From Guillardia theta CCMP2712 (taxonomy: Eukaryota; Protista; Cryptophyta), in assembly GCF_000315625.1 (NCBI RefSeq), contig NW_005434667.1:1045061-1109060 (forward strand): a stretch of 64,000 nt of DNA. Reading direction: 5' to 3'. Positions 61,244 through 64,000 of the stretch are shown in pieces (within the stretch, counting starts at the first letter, position 1; every line of letters begins with the position of its first letter). The notes beneath the pieces are model-generated. The model saw nothing but the letters and a program-made list of their open reading frames with translations. It was not told the DNA's origin and did not search any database. A program made the position numbers and the translations under genes.

Positions 61244-62053
61244 TGCTCGAAGGTCCTTTGCTGGTCGGCTTTTTATATCTCTGTGGGGGTGGGTGTATAG
61301 ATCTTGTGGGGGGGTGGGTACTAAACAGCACGACCAATCATTTTGGATGTGATGAGAGATAGGGTAGGGGTGATAACCCCTACCCCCATATGCAACCCTT
61401 CCTTGAGGCAATGGGGTGGGTGGTGCGGGATAAGACCGGCTGGATTGAAAGAATGCTGGGGAATGCCATGGGCAGGGAAACGAGAAGAGAAGGGAAGGAT
61501 AGAAAGGAGCATGGAGAATAAAATCAATGAGAGAGCATTTGATGAGAGATGTGCGAGAGAATCTTGAGGAAAGGAGATCCAAAGTGAAGGGGCGGAGGGC
61601 AGAGGGGGGCAGAAAGATAGCACTAAGTAGGGAACAGCATGCGAAGGAAGATACCAGATCATGTAACATGTGCGAAGGAGATGCTGGAGGGAGGTAAAAA
61701 TGACAGGTATTGGACAGTTTAGGCCAGATTAACGAGTCAGGGCATCACGATTGTTTGCTAATTTTTCGTGGGTATCCCGACATTTTCCTCTGTTTCTGCC
61801 AAACTCAATGCCATGCGAAAAGTTCGATTGTGTGAAACACCAAGAGGGATTCTGATCCATTGTTTACAGGACCGTCCTGTTGCAATAAGTATTGTGTGAC
61901 CCTTCAGAATTTTTCTGATGGAAATGTGGAAAATGTTTCCAGAGCGAAATGATCATGCTCAATGGACTGATTGATAGATGAAGGAAGTCATCTACACTAT
62001 GCTGTTAACCGATATGAGAGAGAATCTCCTTTGAACGATCTCTTTCAGCACTT

Positions 62054-63118
62054 ATGGAATCTCTCAATCAATTCTTCCTAGTCATGCTGGTGGGCTTCCC
62101 GTCTTGCTTTGTGTGCCTGATTGGCGAACCACCGTCAGCGTCTTCATTTTGCAAACCCTCAACGGCTTTCATGGTGAAAAAAATTTATGCAAGGACGCAA
62201 GTTTTGCATGGCTTCAAAGGAGGAAATGATGTGGACATGCTGGATGACGACCATGATCATGGCTCCTGCTTCAATCAATCAGCGTTACGTGGTCCGATGC
62301 CTCCAAGCTGGCCAGGACCGTATATTGATGATTGGGGACAAGACAATCCCTTGATGCCAAATCGATATTCTGATTTCAAAGAAGATGAGATGATGTTCCG
62401 TATATACTTGAGCCTGAATGACACGGATGCTTGTGTGAAAATGATTCAAAGTGGTGTCGACATCAATCACCTCGATACATATCTGTGGAAAATGCGTCCA
62501 CTGCACTTCGCTGCTGCGTACGAAGATCCTATCCTCTGTGAAATGTTGCTTAGTGCGGGTGCCAATCAGGACGGGAGGGATTGGTATGGAAACACTCCGC
62601 TCATGCATGCTGCCTTGCATGGTAGGCTTGTCAACATGTTTCGACTGATTGCTAGTGGATCGCTTGTGAATGCCAAGAATAAGTATGGAAACACCGCTCT
62701 TCACCTTGCCGCCATGAATGACAAGTATAAATCGATTCAGATCTTGCTGGAGAAAGGTGCATGGATCAACCCCAGGAACGCCAAGAACGAAACCCCCCTG
62801 CACTATGCTGCCATGTCAGGGAGCGACCTCAGTTGCAGGATGCTGCTCCGACATGGCGCGAACGTGTACGCTCGCAATGCGCGTGGTGAATCTGCCATCG
62901 CCATGGCTGTGAGGGAAAACAATTTCGAAGTGGTTGAATGCTTGCGGAACAAGACCAATGACACATCGTGGAAACTGGTGGAGCCTCGGTATCCCATCTT
63001 GACCAGAGCTGAGAGTGAGAATCTATGGAACGCATTGAACAGCGCCAATCCTGGTGTGCAGTATATAGAAAAGCTTGGAGAAAGAAATATGAACCGGTCC
63101 AGACAACTCAAGAGGTGA
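62054..63118 (+). CDS. ankyrin-repeat protein with N-terminal signal-like peptide
   Basis: RPLHFAA, GNTPLMHAA, GNTALHLAA, ETPLHYAA, GESAIAMA; hydrophobic N-terminus; intronless. Confidence 0.9.
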   Translation: MESLNQFFLVMLVGFPSCFVCLIGEPPSASSFCKPSTAFMVKKIYARTQVLHGFKGGNDVDMLDDDHDHGSCFNQSALRGPMPPSWPGPYIDDWGQDNPLMPNRYSDFKEDEMMFRIYLSLNDTDACVKMIQSGVDINHLDTYLWKMRPLHFAAAYEDPILCEMLLSAGANQDGRDWYGNTPLMHAALHGRLVNMFRLIASGSLVNAKNKYGNTALHLAAMNDKYKSIQILLEKGAWINPRNAKNETPLHYAAMSGSDLSCRMLLRHGANVYARNARGESAIAMAVRENNFEVVECLRNKTNDTSWKLVEPRYPILTRAESENLWNALNSANPGVQYIEKLGERNMNRSRQLKR

Positions 63119-63211
63119 GCATTGAATTTTTATTGAGCTCAGAAATCAATAAAACATGGAGACCATCCTCAAACTGCCATTATCCAGTTACAAACAAATT
63201 CACTTCCGAAT

Positions 63212-63397
63212 TTAGTGGCGGTTGTAGAAATAGTCCCACTGGTGGCGGGCGCGGCGCCAGTCATCGTAGGACGCGGCATCGTTGGCGCGGTAGTAGGTGT
63301 CCTCAGACTCCTGGTAGAGGGCGCGAGCCTGGGTGTTCTGAACGAAAGCCTGGGTGTAAAGGTTGGCGGCCTTCTTTCCGTAGAGGATGGTGCGCAT
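63212..63397 (-). CDS. small hypothetical protein (~61 aa, possibly with a short upstream exon near 63470)
   Basis: ORF with strongly C-ending codons (TAC TAC CGC GCC AAC..) embedded in AT-richer flanks. Confidence 0.55.
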   Translation of the reverse strand: MRTILYGKKAANLYTQAFVQNTQARALYQESEDTYYRANDAASYDDWRRARHQWDYFYNRH

Positions 63398-64000
63398 GAC
63401 TACTGCAAACAGAATGTCAGATTCCTTGTGTACAAGCCAATAACATAGCGAAAGTCAACGGATATGACATCAAGGTTTTTGAAAATTCTCAATCATCCGT
63501 ACAAGAGCGAGCATTCATCCTTTAAATATCCTACAAGGATCCAGCAAAGACTTGTGAGAAGGATACGACTGGAACATGGAAGGGTGGATGTCAGAATTAC
63601 GCTTGGATCCATCACACAGATCGCAAAGATAACACACAAGGAGTGAGAAAGTACACCGCGCAGCGACAGGTCATAATGCTGCATCGCCATCACATCAAAA
63701 TTTTGACTGCGTGTACATCTTGCCTGTTCGCTGCTTTTCTCCCCCTTCGGATCGCTTATAAACTGAAAGGTTGTGAGTACCCCTACCTCCTTGGTTTTCA
63801 GACCTACCCGTGCCTTTGTGTATTCATGACCGCCCACCCCCTTCATCAATCAACCACCCACTTCATGTCACTTGAAGTGTACACATACCCGGTATTCAAT
63901 AGTTAATTCTTCAGGTAAAGAACCCGTCCTGAAGAATCTCACCCCTTGTCTGAGCATCACTACCCTTGTATTTGATTCCGATTCACATATGGGCTACCTC

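Noticed and set aside
1-64000. Operon or biosynthetic/defence cluster; rRNA/tRNA genes; transposase or RT ORFs
   Set aside because: Neighbouring genes are functionally unrelated and alternate strands; no RNA gene or mobile-element protein was recognised by eye (tRNAscan/Infernal not run).

Overview
Gene-dense eukaryotic nuclear DNA, not prokaryotic. Most genes are split by very short (~45-60 nt) spliceosomal introns, with a minority expanded by purine/pyrimidine microsatellites. Intron size, gene content (plant-type FabI, CEP44, twinfilin, PA200) and composition suggest a flagellated alga; a cryptophyte such as Guillardia is my inference. I manually spliced about 19 genes: a flavin monooxygenase with a probable mitochondrial presequence, an SK/KCNN-like channel, a Cmc2-like twin-Cx9C protein, CEP44, a 1390-aa acidic protein, a calmodulin-like protein, NDUFAF7, twinfilin, PSME4/Blm10, a CBM2-DUF3605-like fusion, enoyl-ACP reductase, a repeat protein, a 2-domain membrane nucleotidyl cyclase, a kelch protein, a USP, a MORN.../WD40 locus, a GH2 endo-beta-mannosidase, a ZIFL-like MFS transporter and an ankyrin protein. 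The most striking observations are: (1) the SK-type channel has a NaK-like TTGDG selectivity filter instead of GYG; (2) a signal-less CBM2 is fused to a HIT-like DUF3605 domain; (3) the cyclase has swapped C1/C2 catalytic roles and an unexplained frame break; (4) FabI appears to lack a targeting peptide and has a probable GA-AG intron; (5) GGGGTR/YACCCC motif clusters mark most divergent promoters, while two other divergent promoters carry GC-rich repeat-like islands. All gene models and family calls are by eye; no searches were run.
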